Shown: in pieces, positions 17,934 to 28,023 of the stretch
Layout: every line of letters begins with the position of its first letter
Numbering within the stretch: the first letter of the stretch is position 1
From: an uncultured Chloroflexia bacterium
GTDB lineage: Bacteria; Chloroflexota; Limnocylindria; Limnocylindrales; CSP1-4
Direction of reading: 5' to 3'
Assembly: GCA_963833225.1 (NCBI GenBank)
Contig: CAWHXD010000019.1
Location: 864,001-928,000 of the forward strand
DNA length: 64,000 nt
Notes under the pieces: model-generated
Databases searched by the model: none
What the model was told of the DNA's origin: nothing
The model's input: the letters and a program-made list of their open reading frames with translations, nothing else
Position numbers and translations under genes: made by a program

Positions 17934-19220
17934 TCAGCCCGCCGGCACCAGCTTGAGCACGCGGCCACCAGGCAGATCCGTGAGGTACACCTCGCCGTCG
18001 TCGCCGAGCCCGATGGAGCTGATCGACGACCCGGTCTCGAGCAGCGTGATCGGGGCCTGGGCGGCATCGAGCCCGGCGTCGATCGCCCACAGCGTGCCGC
18101 TGCAGTAGTCGCTGAACAGGTAGGCGCCCCGGAGCGCCGGGATCGCCTCACCCCGATAGACCACGCCTCCGATGACCGAGCACCCTTCCCCGTGTCCGTA
18201 CTCGGTCACCGGCATGGTGACGCCGGCCGGGTCACAGTCGGTCGATGGGTTGTAGCAACGCCGGCCCTCCCAGCGCCGCCAGCCGAAGTCGAGCCCACCC
18301 GCCCCGGCCAGTGCCACGTCGACCTCCTCCCAGCTGTCCTGCCCCACGTCGCCGATCCAGATGTCGCCGGTCGCACCGTCCACAGACGCCCGGAACGGGT
18401 TGCGCAGCCCGATCTCGAACACCTCGGGCCGCCCACCGCTGGCGGCGTACGGGTTGTCGGCGGGGATCGCGTAGGGGGAGCCGGCGGGCGCGCCGAGCAC
18501 GTCGATCCGGAGCAGCTTGCCCAGGAGGTTGCCGGGATCCGAGGCGCGGTTCTGGGGATCGCCCCCGGACCCGCCGTCCCCCAGCCCGATCAGCAGCATC
18601 TCGCTGGCGTCGAAGCCGATCCAGCCGCCGTTGTGGTTCGCGTACGGCTGGGGCTCGGTCAGGATGACCCGCTCCGAGGCCGGGTCCAGGATCGAGGCAC
18701 CACCCGGGGCAAGACGGAGCTCACTGATCGTGGTCGCGCCGCCGTCGCCCGAGTAGTGGACCCAGGCGCGTGGCTGCTCCGGACCGAAGCCGGGCGGGAA
18801 CGCGAGGCCCAGGAGCCCGCGCTCGCCGCCAGCCGTGACCCGGTCCGCGATGTCCAGGAACGCGGTGCCGGCAACCGAGCCGCCCTCGACCACGCGGATA
18901 CGGCCGGGCTGCTCGGCCACGAACAGGCGCCCCGAGGAATCGCCGGAGCCCGTGACGAACACGGGCTGGTCGAAGCCATCCGCCACGGTGTCCACGCGGA
19001 CCGCGACGGCAGCCAGGTCGGGGCGCTCGAGGCCGCCGCCCGGGATCACCGGGGCGCCGCTCGACGAGGAGCTCGGGCCGGGGGTCGCGGCGGCCGATGG
19101 CCCGCTGGGATCGGTGGCAGCGGGGCTGGTCGGGGTCGGCGCGCTCGCCCCGCAGGCGCTCACCAGCAGCGCGGCGACCAGGGCCGCGGAATAGAACGGG
19201 GAGATCGCGAGCTGCCGCAT
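17934..19220 (-). CDS. PQQ-dependent sugar dehydrogenase (GSDH family) lipoprotein
   Basis: Lipobox VSAC, GERGLLGLAF, NHNGG, GDGG, GKLLRID, GLRNP, GDVGQ, SVIGGVVYRG. Confidence 0.9.
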   Translation of the reverse strand: MRQLAISPFYSAALVAALLVSACGASAPTPTSPAATDPSGPSAAATPGPSSSSSGAPVIPGGGLERPDLAAVAVRVDTVADGFDQPVFVTGSGDSSGRLFVAEQPGRIRVVEGGSVAGTAFLDIADRVTAGGERGLLGLAFPPGFGPEQPRAWVHYSGDGGATTISELRLAPGGASILDPASERVILTEPQPYANHNGGWIGFDASEMLLIGLGDGGSGGDPQNRASDPGNLLGKLLRIDVLGAPAGSPYAIPADNPYAASGGRPEVFEIGLRNPFRASVDGATGDIWIGDVGQDSWEEVDVALAGAGGLDFGWRRWEGRRCYNPSTDCDPAGVTMPVTEYGHGEGCSVIGGVVYRGEAIPALRGAYLFSDYCSGTLWAIDAGLDAAQAPITLLETGSSISSIGLGDDGEVYLTDLPGGRVLKLVPAG

Positions 19221-19265
19221 CGCCGCCAAGGGTAGGGCAAGCACGACCATCAACCCGCCGGGGGC

Positions 19266-20042
19266 TCAGGCCGGCGGTCGCGACCGGAAGCGGTCCAGCC
19301 GCGCCGCGAACCCCTCCGCATGGACGGCGCTGGTGCCGTCCTCGTCGTGGCGGAACAGCACGTAGGCGTCCATCCCGTCATCGAGGAACGGCGCGATCCG
19401 CGCGGCCCAGGCGTCGAGCGCCGCGTCGTCGTAGTCCGTCCGGCGCAACCGCAGGTAGAGGAACGACCCCGTGCGCCGGATATCGGGGGTCTCGGCTTGG
19501 TCGTCGAGGTCGGTCGTGCACAGCACCGCCCCCGCGGCGCGCAGCGCGGCAAACGTCTCGTCCACGTGCCACGAGGCGTGCTGGGCCTCCAGCACCAGCG
19601 GGATCGACCGCGGCCACGCGTCGAGCAGGCGCGTCAGGCGGCCGTCATCGCGGGCGGCCTTGGCGTCGATCCGGAACAACACGGCTCCCAGCCGCTCCCC
19701 GAACCCGGGCAGTGGCTCCGTGAGCCATGGGATCGAGTCCGCGGCGGAGCCGTAGAGGGACCGGACGCTGGCGCCGCGCTGGGCCTTCACGACGAACCGG
19801 AAGCCGGGAGGCGTCGCGGCCACCCAGGCCGCGATCCTGTCGGCAGTCGGCCGTGCGTAGAAGGTGTTGTTGAGCTCCACGGCGGGCAGGCGCGACGCGT
19901 AGTGGGCGAGGAGGTCGCGCGACCGCAGCGACGACGGATAGAAGCGCGGCGCCCACGACGGATAGGCGAAGCCGCTCGTCCCGGCGTAGAGGCGGCCTGT
20001 ACGGCGGACAGGCCCGGCTGTCAGGTCCCCGGGTCCATGCAC
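19266..20042 (-). CDS. DUF72 domain protein
   Basis: GTSGFAY, FYP, VELNNTFY, FRFVVKA, YLRLR; start uncertain. Confidence 0.88.
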   Translation of the reverse strand: MHGPGDLTAGPVRRTGRLYAGTSGFAYPSWAPRFYPSSLRSRDLLAHYASRLPAVELNNTFYARPTADRIAAWVAATPPGFRFVVKAQRGASVRSLYGSAADSIPWLTEPLPGFGERLGAVLFRIDAKAARDDGRLTRLLDAWPRSIPLVLEAQHASWHVDETFAALRAAGAVLCTTDLDDQAETPDIRRTGSFLYLRLRRTDYDDAALDAWAARIAPFLDDGMDAYVLFRHDEDGTSAVHAEGFAARLDRFRSRPPA

Positions 20043-20536
20043 GACGAGTCGGCCGTCGCGTCGCGGCCGAGCTGGTCGAGAACGCCCGAGCAGCCGCGCT
20101 CGATCGCCGCGCGGTCGCGGTCGCCGATGGGATCGAGGAAGTAGCGCTGCACGCCGTCGAGGTGGGTCCGGGACGCCTCGCGCAGGCGCGCCAGACCGGC
20201 GGCCGTCAGGGCGGCCTCGGCGCCGCGCGCGTCCGTCACGCACGCCGATCGCTCGACCATGCCCGCGGCCTCAAGGCGGTCGACCAGGCGCGTGATCCCG
20301 CTGCGGGAGAGCAGCACCCGGTCCGCAAGCACGCTCATCCGCAGCCGGCGATCCGGCGCATTGACGAGCTGCAGGAGGGCGTCGTACTCCGCGAGCGAGA
20401 TGCCGTGGGTGGCCTGCAGCTCCTCGTCCAGACGCCGGAGCAGGCGTGCGTTCGCCTGGATGAACGCCCGCCACGCACCCAGGCGCGGATCGTCGGCGGT
20501 CACCTGGGTCGCGAGGGTCGCTGCGGAGGTCGCCAT
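20021..20536 (-). CDS. MarR family transcriptional regulator
   Basis: LAEYDALLQL, LRMSVLADRVLLSRSGITRLVDRLE, DARG; TAGGAT -10 7 nt before ATG 20536. Confidence 0.92.
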   Translation of the reverse strand: MATSAATLATQVTADDPRLGAWRAFIQANARLLRRLDEELQATHGISLAEYDALLQLVNAPDRRLRMSVLADRVLLSRSGITRLVDRLEAAGMVERSACVTDARGAEAALTAAGLARLREASRTHLDGVQRYFLDPIGDRDRAAIERGCSGVLDQLGRDATADSSCMDPGT

Positions 20537-20566
20537 GGCGGACATCCTACCCCAACGGCGACCTGA

Positions 20567-20607
20567 TTGACAACGCAACTATCGTGGCATATCGTTGCTC
20601 ATGCAAC
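20567..20607 (+). promoter_or_regulatory. sigma70 promoter of the YceI gene with overlapping palindromic MarR operator
   Basis: TTGACA (20567)-17 bp-TATCGT (20590); GTTGC-TCAT-GCAAC at 20594..20607. Confidence 0.75.
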
Positions 20608-20662
20608 TACAGTTCCGGTGGGGAGGATCCCCGCCGGGCACGCTCGGAAGGACCCCACGCAC

Positions 20663-21229
20663 ATGGCTGTCACGACCTGGAACATCGACCCCGCCCACAC
20701 GGACGTGGTGTTCTCCGCCAAGCACATGATGGTGACCACCGTTCGCGGCAAGTTCCCCGACGTCTCGGGCACGATCACCCTGGACGAGGAGCACCCGACG
20801 AACTCGACCGGCACCTTCACCATCGGCGTCGCCTCGCTCACCACGGGCGTAGAGCCGCGCGACGCACATCTCCGCTCCGCCGACTTCTTCGATGCCGAGA
20901 ACCACCCGACCGCCACCTTCGTCGCGACCAGGATCGAGGGCAAGGGCGGCAATGAGTACGCCGTCTCGGGCGATCTCACGATCCGGGAGACGACGAGGCC
21001 GGTCACCTTCGACATGGAGCTGCTGGGCTTCTACACGGGCATGGATGGAGCGCGCCGCGCGGGATTCCACGGTACCGGCGCGATCGCCCGCGAGGCGTTC
21101 GGCCTGGGCTGGAACGTCGCCCTTGAGGGCGGCGGCTGGCTCGTGGGCAAGGAGGTCAGGCTCGAGCTCGACGTCGCGGTCCAGGAGGCCGCGGCGGCCG
21201 CGGTCGACGAGGGGAACATCGCCGCCTGA
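20663..21229 (+). CDS. YceI family protein
   Basis: WNIDPAHT, KHMMVTTVRGKF, RDAHLRSADFFD, GDLTIR, FGLGWN. Confidence 0.93.
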   Translation: MAVTTWNIDPAHTDVVFSAKHMMVTTVRGKFPDVSGTITLDEEHPTNSTGTFTIGVASLTTGVEPRDAHLRSADFFDAENHPTATFVATRIEGKGGNEYAVSGDLTIRETTRPVTFDMELLGFYTGMDGARRAGFHGTGAIAREAFGLGWNVALEGGGWLVGKEVRLELDVAVQEAAAAAVDEGNIAA

Positions 21230-21368
21230 TCGCACGATCCCAGCTCCCATGCGGCGCCTCGGCGGATGGTCCGTCGGGCGCCGCTCTGCGTCCGGGCCAC
21301 CGTCACGCGTCCGGCCGCGGACGACTCGCGCTACGATCGGGGCCACGAAACCCGCCCGCGAGGACCCC

Positions 21369-22626
21369 ATGCCTGAGCTCGACGTCGAGGCGCTGCGCGC
21401 CCGCTTCCCGGCCCTCTCCATCGAGCAGGATGGCCGTCCCGTCGCGCTATTCGACGGCCCCGGCGGCACCCAGGTCCCGGACTCGGTCATCGAGGCCGTG
21501 TCGACCTACTACCGGACCTCCAATGCGAACCACGAGGGCCCGTTCCTCACCTCGCGTCGCAGCGACGCGGTCGTGGCGGAGGCCCACGCGGCGCTCGCCG
21601 ACCTGCTGAACGCCGCCGATCCCGCCGAGATCAAGCTCGGCGCCAACATGACCACGCTCACGATGCACCTCTCCCGCTCGATCGCGGCAAGCCTCGAGCC
21701 AGGCGACACCATCGTGGTCACCAGCCTGGACCACGAGGCGAACGTCGGCCCCTGGCGCACCGCCGCGGCAGATCGGGGCCTCAACGTGCGGACCGTCGAC
21801 ATCCGCCCCGACGACGTGACCCTCGACATCGAGGCCTTCGACACCATCCTCCACGAGCGCCCGAAGCTCGTCGCCTTCGGCTGGGCGTCGAATGCCGTCG
21901 GCAGCATCAACCCCGTCGGCGAGCTGGTCCGGCGCGCGCACGAGGCCGGCAGCCTGACCTTCGTCGATGCCGTCCACGCCGCCCCGCACCTCCCGATCGA
22001 CGTCCAGGAGGTCGACACGGACTTCCTCGCCTGCTCCGCCTACAAGTTCTTCGGGCCGCACGTGGGCGTCCTGTACGGCCGGCGCGAGATCCTGGACTGC
22101 GCTGCCGACCTACAAGCTCCGGGTCGCCGACGACCGCTTCGAGACTGGCACGGGCAACTTCGAGGGGATCGCCGGCTCGCTCGCCGCGGTCGAGTACCTC
22201 GCCGAGGTCGGGCGCCGGTTCGGGGCGCCGTACTCGGCGCGGTTCCCGGGGTTCACCGGGCGCCGGCTCGACACCCACGCCGGCATGGCCGCCATCCGCG
22301 CCTACGAGATGACCCTGTTCGGCCGCCTGCTCGACGGCCTCGAGTCGATCCCCGGCGCGAAGGTCTGGGGCATCACCGACCGCGCCCGCTTCGATGAGCG
22401 CACGCCCACCGCGGCCGTGACCTTTGCCGGGCACACCGCTGAGTCAGTGTCGACCGCTCTGGGCGACCGGGGGATCGCGACCTGGTGGGGCAACTTCTAC
22501 GCCGCCGGGCCCATCGAGCGCCTGGGCCTCGAGCCGCACGGGGTGGTGCGGATCGGGCTGACCCACTACAACACGGCAGCCGAGGTGGACCGCCTGCTCG
22601 CCGAGCTCCGCAAGATCACCGGCTAG
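21369..22626 (+). CDS. Cysteine desulfurase-like protein, aminotransferase class V (frameshift near 22095-22102)
   Basis: RARFPAL, FDGPGGTQVP, GANMTT, LDHEANV, VDAVH, CSAYKFFGPH, then RFETGT..VRIGLTHYN in the next frame. Confidence 0.9.
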
Positions 22627-22677
22627 CGTTCGCCCAGCATCGGCCGGCACTGGACCACGGCCAGGCCGGCCTCGCGA

Positions 22678-23928
22678 CTAGCTCGCGGCGATCCGGTACA
22701 CCGCGTCGGCCGAGAGGTCGCACAGGTACAACTCGCCCGAGGCATCCTGCCCAAAGCCGCTGATCAGCCGCCCCGACCCCGTCCCGAGCAGCCGCACTGG
22801 CGACGCCGGCCGGCTCGCCCCCGCCGACACGGCCCAGACCTCGCCCGAGCAGTAGTCGCCGTAGACGTACCAGCCCCGGAGAGCCGGGATCGCCGAGCCA
22901 CGGTAGACGTAACCGCCGGTGATCGCGCAGCGGCCATTGGAGCTGTGCGAGTACTCGGCCAACGGGCGCTTCTTGCCGCTCTTGTTGCAGCCCGACGCCG
23001 GGTGGTAGCAGTGGTTCCCCTCCATCACGTGCCAGCCCCAGTTCACGCCCTTGCCGGGGCCGGAGCTCGTCCACTTGACCCGGTCCACCTCCTCGTACCG
23101 GGCCTGGCCGACATCGCCGATCCAGAGCGCATCGGTCGAGCGGTCGAACGACCAGCGCCACGGGTTGCGAAGGCCGCGCTGCCAGATCTCGTTCCGGCCG
23201 GGGCGTCCCACGTACGGGTTTGAGGCAGGGATGCGGTAGTGCTTCTTCCGGGTCGTCCCGTTGACGTCGATCCGGAGCATCTTGCCCAGCAGCTTGTCCT
23301 TGTCCTGGGCGCGGTTGCCGGGATCGCCCGCGCTCCCGCCATCGCCGGTGCCGATGTACAGGTAGCCGTCCTTGCCGAACGCGATCATCCCGCCGTTGTG
23401 GTTCGAGAACGGCTGCTTGATCTTGATGATCGTCCGCCCGGAGCCCGGTTCGACCACGTCCGGGTTGGAGGCCGATGCCTTGTACTCGCGGACCACCGTG
23501 TTCCCGGACAGGTTCGTGTAATCCACGTAGAAGCGGCGATTGGACGCGAACGACGGGTGGAAGGCGAGCCCCAGGAGACCCTGTTCGCTACCGCTCGAGA
23601 CCTTGGTGCTGAGGTTGAGGAACGAGGTCGAGAGCAGCGAGCCGTCCTTGACGATCCGGATCCGGCCGCCCTTGGTGACGATGAACAGGCGGGCGGTGTC
23701 GCCCTTGGGGCTGATCGCCAGGACCGGGTCGGTGACGTCGGCGACCTTGACGAGGCGGATGGTGGAGGCGGTCGGGGCAGCGGTCGGGGTCGCGACCCGC
23801 TCGGGCGCCGGGGCAGGGGATGCGGATGCCGCGCCGGGCAGCACCGTGGCGGCCAGCGCCGTCGCGAGGGCGAGTGCGCGGACGCCCCGGACGGGCAGCT
23901 GGATGGAGGAGGCGGCGAAGCGGGTCAT
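22678..23928 (-). CDS. PQQ-dependent sugar dehydrogenase (GSDH family), secreted
   Basis: Signal-peptide-like N-terminus, EQGLLGLAFHP, NHNGG, GDGG, GLRNPWR, GDVGQ, ITGGYVYRG. Confidence 0.9.
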   Translation of the reverse strand: MTRFAASSIQLPVRGVRALALATALAATVLPGAASASPAPAPERVATPTAAPTASTIRLVKVADVTDPVLAISPKGDTARLFIVTKGGRIRIVKDGSLLSTSFLNLSTKVSSGSEQGLLGLAFHPSFASNRRFYVDYTNLSGNTVVREYKASASNPDVVEPGSGRTIIKIKQPFSNHNGGMIAFGKDGYLYIGTGDGGSAGDPGNRAQDKDKLLGKMLRIDVNGTTRKKHYRIPASNPYVGRPGRNEIWQRGLRNPWRWSFDRSTDALWIGDVGQARYEEVDRVKWTSSGPGKGVNWGWHVMEGNHCYHPASGCNKSGKKRPLAEYSHSSNGRCAITGGYVYRGSAIPALRGWYVYGDYCSGEVWAVSAGASRPASPVRLLGTGSGRLISGFGQDASGELYLCDLSADAVYRIAAS

Positions 23929-24028
23929 CGGCTGCGTCTCCGATTGAGGCTGGTGCCGGTCGAGAGCGCTCGGTCCATGGTGCCCGTGACCGCTCGCGCT
24001 GTCGACCGCGCGCCGTATGCTCGGAGCC

Positions 24029-24898
24029 ATGCATGAGACGGTGAGCCGCGCCTGGGGCGCCCAGAGCATGACCGACCCCCTGCGCGAGGTGCTGGTGAAG
24101 CCGCCGGGTCCGGCGTTCGGGCGCGCCTTCGACGATCCGCCAGTGGGCTTCCTGCGGCCGGTGGACCTCGAGCGTGCGCGGCGGGAGCATGCGGGCCTGG
24201 TCGAGACGCTGGCGAGCCTCGGGGTCACGGTCCACGTCCTCGACGCGGAGACCGACGATCCCGACCTCGTCTACGTGTTCGACCCGCTGCTCGTGGCCGA
24301 CGGCGGCGCCATCCCGCTTCGCCCTGGCAAGCCCAACCGCGCCGGCGAGCCCGACGTGCTGGAGGCGTGGACCCGGGCCCGCGGCATCCCGACGCTGGGC
24401 CGGATCGAGGCGCCCGGCACGCTCGAGGGCGGCGACACGTTCTGGCTCCGGCCCGACCTGCTGTGCATCGGGCGGACGCTGCGCACCAACGACGCCGGGG
24501 CGCGGCAGCTGGCGGCGATCGTCGGCGGGGACGCGCGGATCTTCGATGTCCCGTACTGGAGAGGCCCGGCGGAGCTCGTTCACCTGCTGTCGGTGATCTC
24601 GCCGGTGGCGGACGATGTTGCGGTCGTGTTCCTGCCGCTGCTGCCGATGGGGCTGTACGAGCTGCTGCAGGCGATGCGGTACCGGCTCGTCGAGGTGCCC
24701 GAGGAGGAGTACGCGACGCTCGGCTGCAACGTGCTGGCGGTTCGGCCGGGCGTGGTCGTGGTGGCCGACCGGAACCCGGTCACGCGCCGCCGGCTGGAAG
24801 CCGCGGGCGTCGATGTGCACTCGGTCCCGCTGGGCGAGGTCGGCGAGAACGGCTCGGGTGGGGTCACCTGCCTCACGCGCCCGGTCCTTCGGCGATGA
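24029..24898 (+). CDS. Amidinotransferase/DDAH/arginine deiminase superfamily protein
   Basis: EH..L, PDLVYVFDP, LEGGD, RTN, HLLS, GCN, GGVTCLT; TATGCT -10 7 nt before ATG 24029. Confidence 0.88.
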   Translation: MHETVSRAWGAQSMTDPLREVLVKPPGPAFGRAFDDPPVGFLRPVDLERARREHAGLVETLASLGVTVHVLDAETDDPDLVYVFDPLLVADGGAIPLRPGKPNRAGEPDVLEAWTRARGIPTLGRIEAPGTLEGGDTFWLRPDLLCIGRTLRTNDAGARQLAAIVGGDARIFDVPYWRGPAELVHLLSVISPVADDVAVVFLPLLPMGLYELLQAMRYRLVEVPEEEYATLGCNVLAVRPGVVVVADRNPVTRRRLEAAGVDVHSVPLGEVGENGSGGVTCLTRPVLRR

Positions 24899-26166
24899 CT
24901 GGCGGGTTGTCGCCGGCGGCGCGCGCGGCGGCCGACGCGGTCGACGCGGGTGCGCTGACCGAGGACCTGCGCGCGCTCGTCCAGGTCCCGAGCGTCACCG
25001 GCGACGAGGACGCGGTCGCGGCCCAGCTCGCCGACCGGCTCGAGGCGCTCGGCCTGGAGGTCGAGGTCTTCCACCCCAACCCCGCGGCCATTCGCGAGGA
25101 TCCGGACTGGCCGGGCGAGGAGGTGGTCCGCACGTCGCTGCCGGTCGTCATCGGTCGCGTCGGCCGGCCCGGGGGCAAGCGGCTGGTCCTTTCGGGACAC
25201 ACCGATGTCGTGCCCACCGGCGACCCCGCGACCTGGGCTGGCGACCCGTGGTCCGGCGATGTCCGCGACGGCGAGCTGTACGGCCGTGGGTCGTGCGACA
25301 TGAAGGGCGGCGTCGCCGCGATCCTGGCGGCGGTCCGGGCGCTGGGCGCAATCGGTGCCCTCGCGCGGCTCGCGGGTCAGTTGATCGTCGCCCTCGTCCC
25401 GTCGGAGGAGGACGGCGGCCAGGGGACGCTCGCCGCCATTCGTGCCGGCGCCACCGGGGACCTGTGCGTGATCCCGGAGCCGTCCGGTCTCGATGTCGTC
25501 GTCGCCCACGCCGGCGCGATCACGTTCCGGCTCACCGTCCCGGGACGGGCTGCGCATGCGAGCCGGCGCACCGAGGGGGTGTCGGCGCTCGACAACCTCG
25601 GGGATCTCGTGCGCGCCCTCGAGGCCGACGAGGTCCGTCGGAATGCGGCGGAGACGGACCCGCTGATGACGGCGCTCGGGCTGCCGTATCCCACGATCAT
25701 CGGTACCGTCGCGGGCGGCGAGTGGGCGTCCACGGTCATGGACCGGGTGGTCGCCGAGGGTCGGTATGGCGTCCGCCTCGGCCAGGCCCCCGAGGAGGCC
25801 GCGGACGAGCTGCGCGCCTGCATCGGGTCCGCCTGCGCGGCGCACCCCTTCCTGCACGACCACCCCGCCGTCGTGGAGATCGTCGGCGCCCGGTTCGCCT
25901 CCTCGCGGGTGCCCGCCGACCACCCACTGCCCGTGTCGCTCGCGGGTGCAGCCGCTGCGGTCACCGGCCGCCGCCCGGCGCTGACGGGCGTCCCGTACGG
26001 CGCTGACATGCGGCTGTTCATCGGGGTTGGGGAGACCCCGTGCGTCATCTTTGGTCCCGGGGACGTGCGGCTGGCGCACGCTGCCGATGAGCGAGTGCCG
26101 CTCGCCGAGGTCGAGGCGTGCGCGAGGGTCCTGGCCGCCTGGGTCGCCATGGAGCTCGGCACCTGA
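24895..26166 (+). CDS. M20 ArgE/DapE family deacylase
   Basis: GHTDVVP, YGRGSCDMKGG, EEDGG, PEP, GRAAHA, GADM, GPG..AHAADE; ATGA overlap. Confidence 0.92.
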   Translation: MTGGLSPAARAAADAVDAGALTEDLRALVQVPSVTGDEDAVAAQLADRLEALGLEVEVFHPNPAAIREDPDWPGEEVVRTSLPVVIGRVGRPGGKRLVLSGHTDVVPTGDPATWAGDPWSGDVRDGELYGRGSCDMKGGVAAILAAVRALGAIGALARLAGQLIVALVPSEEDGGQGTLAAIRAGATGDLCVIPEPSGLDVVVAHAGAITFRLTVPGRAAHASRRTEGVSALDNLGDLVRALEADEVRRNAAETDPLMTALGLPYPTIIGTVAGGEWASTVMDRVVAEGRYGVRLGQAPEEAADELRACIGSACAAHPFLHDHPAVVEIVGARFASSRVPADHPLPVSLAGAAAAVTGRRPALTGVPYGADMRLFIGVGETPCVIFGPGDVRLAHAADERVPLAEVEACARVLAAWVAMELGT

Positions 26167-26736
26167 GCGACAACGGCCCGATCCTGACGGCGCGTCTCCG
26201 GCTGGATCCACTGGTCGTCGCGGATGCCGCCGAGATGGCCGGCGTGCTCGACGACCGAGCTCTCTACCCGGTTCACCGGGGGCGAGCCACCGAGCCTCCC
26301 CGACCTCGAGCGCCGGTTCGAGGCGCAGGCCGCCGGCCGGTCGCCTGACGGCACGGAGACGTGGCGCAACTGGATCGTGCGGCTCCTCGATGACGGCGCG
26401 GCCGTCGGGTTCGTCGAGGCCACCCTCACCGACGATGACCGGGCCGCCGACGTCGCCTGGGTCATCGGCGTGCGGTGGCAGCGGCAGGGCTACGCAGGTG
26501 AAGCGGCGCGGGCGATGGTCACGCACCTGTTCGCGGGCGGCGTGGGGACCGTCACGGCACACGTCCACCCGGACCACGCGGCCTCGGGGCGTGTTGCGGC
26601 GGCCACCGGCCTCTCGCCAACCGATGAGATCGAGAACGGGGAGCGCGTCTGGCGGCTCGACGCCGGGCTCAGACGGGAGGGACGGCGATCCGGCGCATCG
26701 TCCGGCGGTGCGAGACCAGCACGACGACGGGGATGA
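26163..26736 (+). CDS. GNAT (RimJ/RimL-like) acetyltransferase (frameshift near 26265)
   Basis: ILTARLRLDPL..DA in ORF 26118..26348, then WRNWIV..WQRQGYA..HPDHAASGRVA in ORF 26224..26736; start uncertain. Confidence 0.75.
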
Positions 26737-27973
26737 TCACCCCGAGCGCACCGATGACCCCCAGCGCCGTGTAGCCCACGATGGCCATCACGAACCCGGA
26801 GCCCAGGCTGGCCGCGGCCGCGGAGCTCCAGATCATCGCGTCGGCCACGCCCTGGATCCGTGTCCGCTCGTGGATCTCGAGGCTGCCAGAGAGCAGCGCG
26901 GACCCGGCCACGAACCCGAAGTTCCAGCCGAGGCCCAGCAGGAACAGCGCGAGCAGGAGGAGGTTCCCTCCGTCGGCCGGTGCCAGCGCGGCCATCAGGG
27001 ACGAGACCGCGAGCACCGCCGTGCCCAGGAAGATCACGGCGACCGGCCCAAACCGGTCCGACAGCCGCCCTGAGACCGGTGAGAAGGCGAACATCCCCAG
27101 GGTGTGCGCCGACAGCACGATCCCCACAGCGCCCAGGTCGTGGCCGTGCTCGGTCATGTGGAGCGGCGTCATGGTCATGATCAGGACCATCACGAGCTGG
27201 CTGAACACGAGCGCCACGATCGCCGCCGTGACCGTGGGTCGCCGAAGGATCTCCCGCAGCGGCGCCGTGGGGATCTTCACGTCCGGCCGGTGGATTGCGT
27301 CCTCGTCCGCGAGCTCGTACGGGTCCGGCCGGAGCATCACGAACGAGAGGATCGCGGCGATCCCGACGAACAGCACCGGGACCAGGTACGGCCCCGCCAG
27401 CGGTGGCAGCCCGACGCTCTCGGCGATGCCCGAGGCGAGCGGCACCATCTGGGGCCCGATCACGGACCCCACCGTGGACGCCCAGACGATCAGGCTGATC
27501 GCCGACGCCCGCCTGGCGAGCGGCGCCATGTCCGCATTCGTGTACCGGGACAGCTGGTTGGAGGCGTTGCCAAAGCCGATCAGCAACGTGCCCAGCAGCA
27601 GCAGCGGGAAGGAGCGGGTGAGGACGGCGGCCGTTGCGACCAGCGCCCCCACCACCCCGATCGAGTAGCCGAGGACCAGGCCGCGCCGCCGTCCCACGCG
27701 GGACATGTACGCCGACAGCAGGACGGCGCCCAGGGCAGCGCCCAGCACCACGGCGGCGCCCGGGGCCCCGGCGAGGAGCTGCGAGCCGAGCAGGTCCTTG
27801 GCAACGATGGTCGCCACCGTGACCGCAGCGATGTACCCGGTGCTGCCCAGCGCGACGCCGGCCACGAGCGAGGCCGTTGCGCGGCGGCGCCCGGCCGTGA
27901 CCTGCTCCGGCGTCCGGGTCGGGGGCGCAGGGGCGCCCCGGGCGGCGGGGATGGCGGGCGCGGCGTCGCTCAT
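26669..27973 (-). CDS. MFS transporter
   Basis: About 12 TM segments, MSRVGRRRG, GRLSDRFG, MTMTP, GLGWNFG. Confidence 0.92.
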   Translation of the reverse strand: MSDAAPAIPAARGAPAPPTRTPEQVTAGRRRATASLVAGVALGSTGYIAAVTVATIVAKDLLGSQLLAGAPGAAVVLGAALGAVLLSAYMSRVGRRRGLVLGYSIGVVGALVATAAVLTRSFPLLLLGTLLIGFGNASNQLSRYTNADMAPLARRASAISLIVWASTVGSVIGPQMVPLASGIAESVGLPPLAGPYLVPVLFVGIAAILSFVMLRPDPYELADEDAIHRPDVKIPTAPLREILRRPTVTAAIVALVFSQLVMVLIMTMTPLHMTEHGHDLGAVGIVLSAHTLGMFAFSPVSGRLSDRFGPVAVIFLGTAVLAVSSLMAALAPADGGNLLLLALFLLGLGWNFGFVAGSALLSGSLEIHERTRIQGVADAMIWSSAAAASLGSGFVMAIVGYTALGVIGALGVIIPVVVLVSHRRTMRRIAVPPV

Positions 27974-28023
27974 GGGCGCCGACGATACCTTGGCTGGAGT
28001 GGATTGGATGCCGTGCGTGCCGG

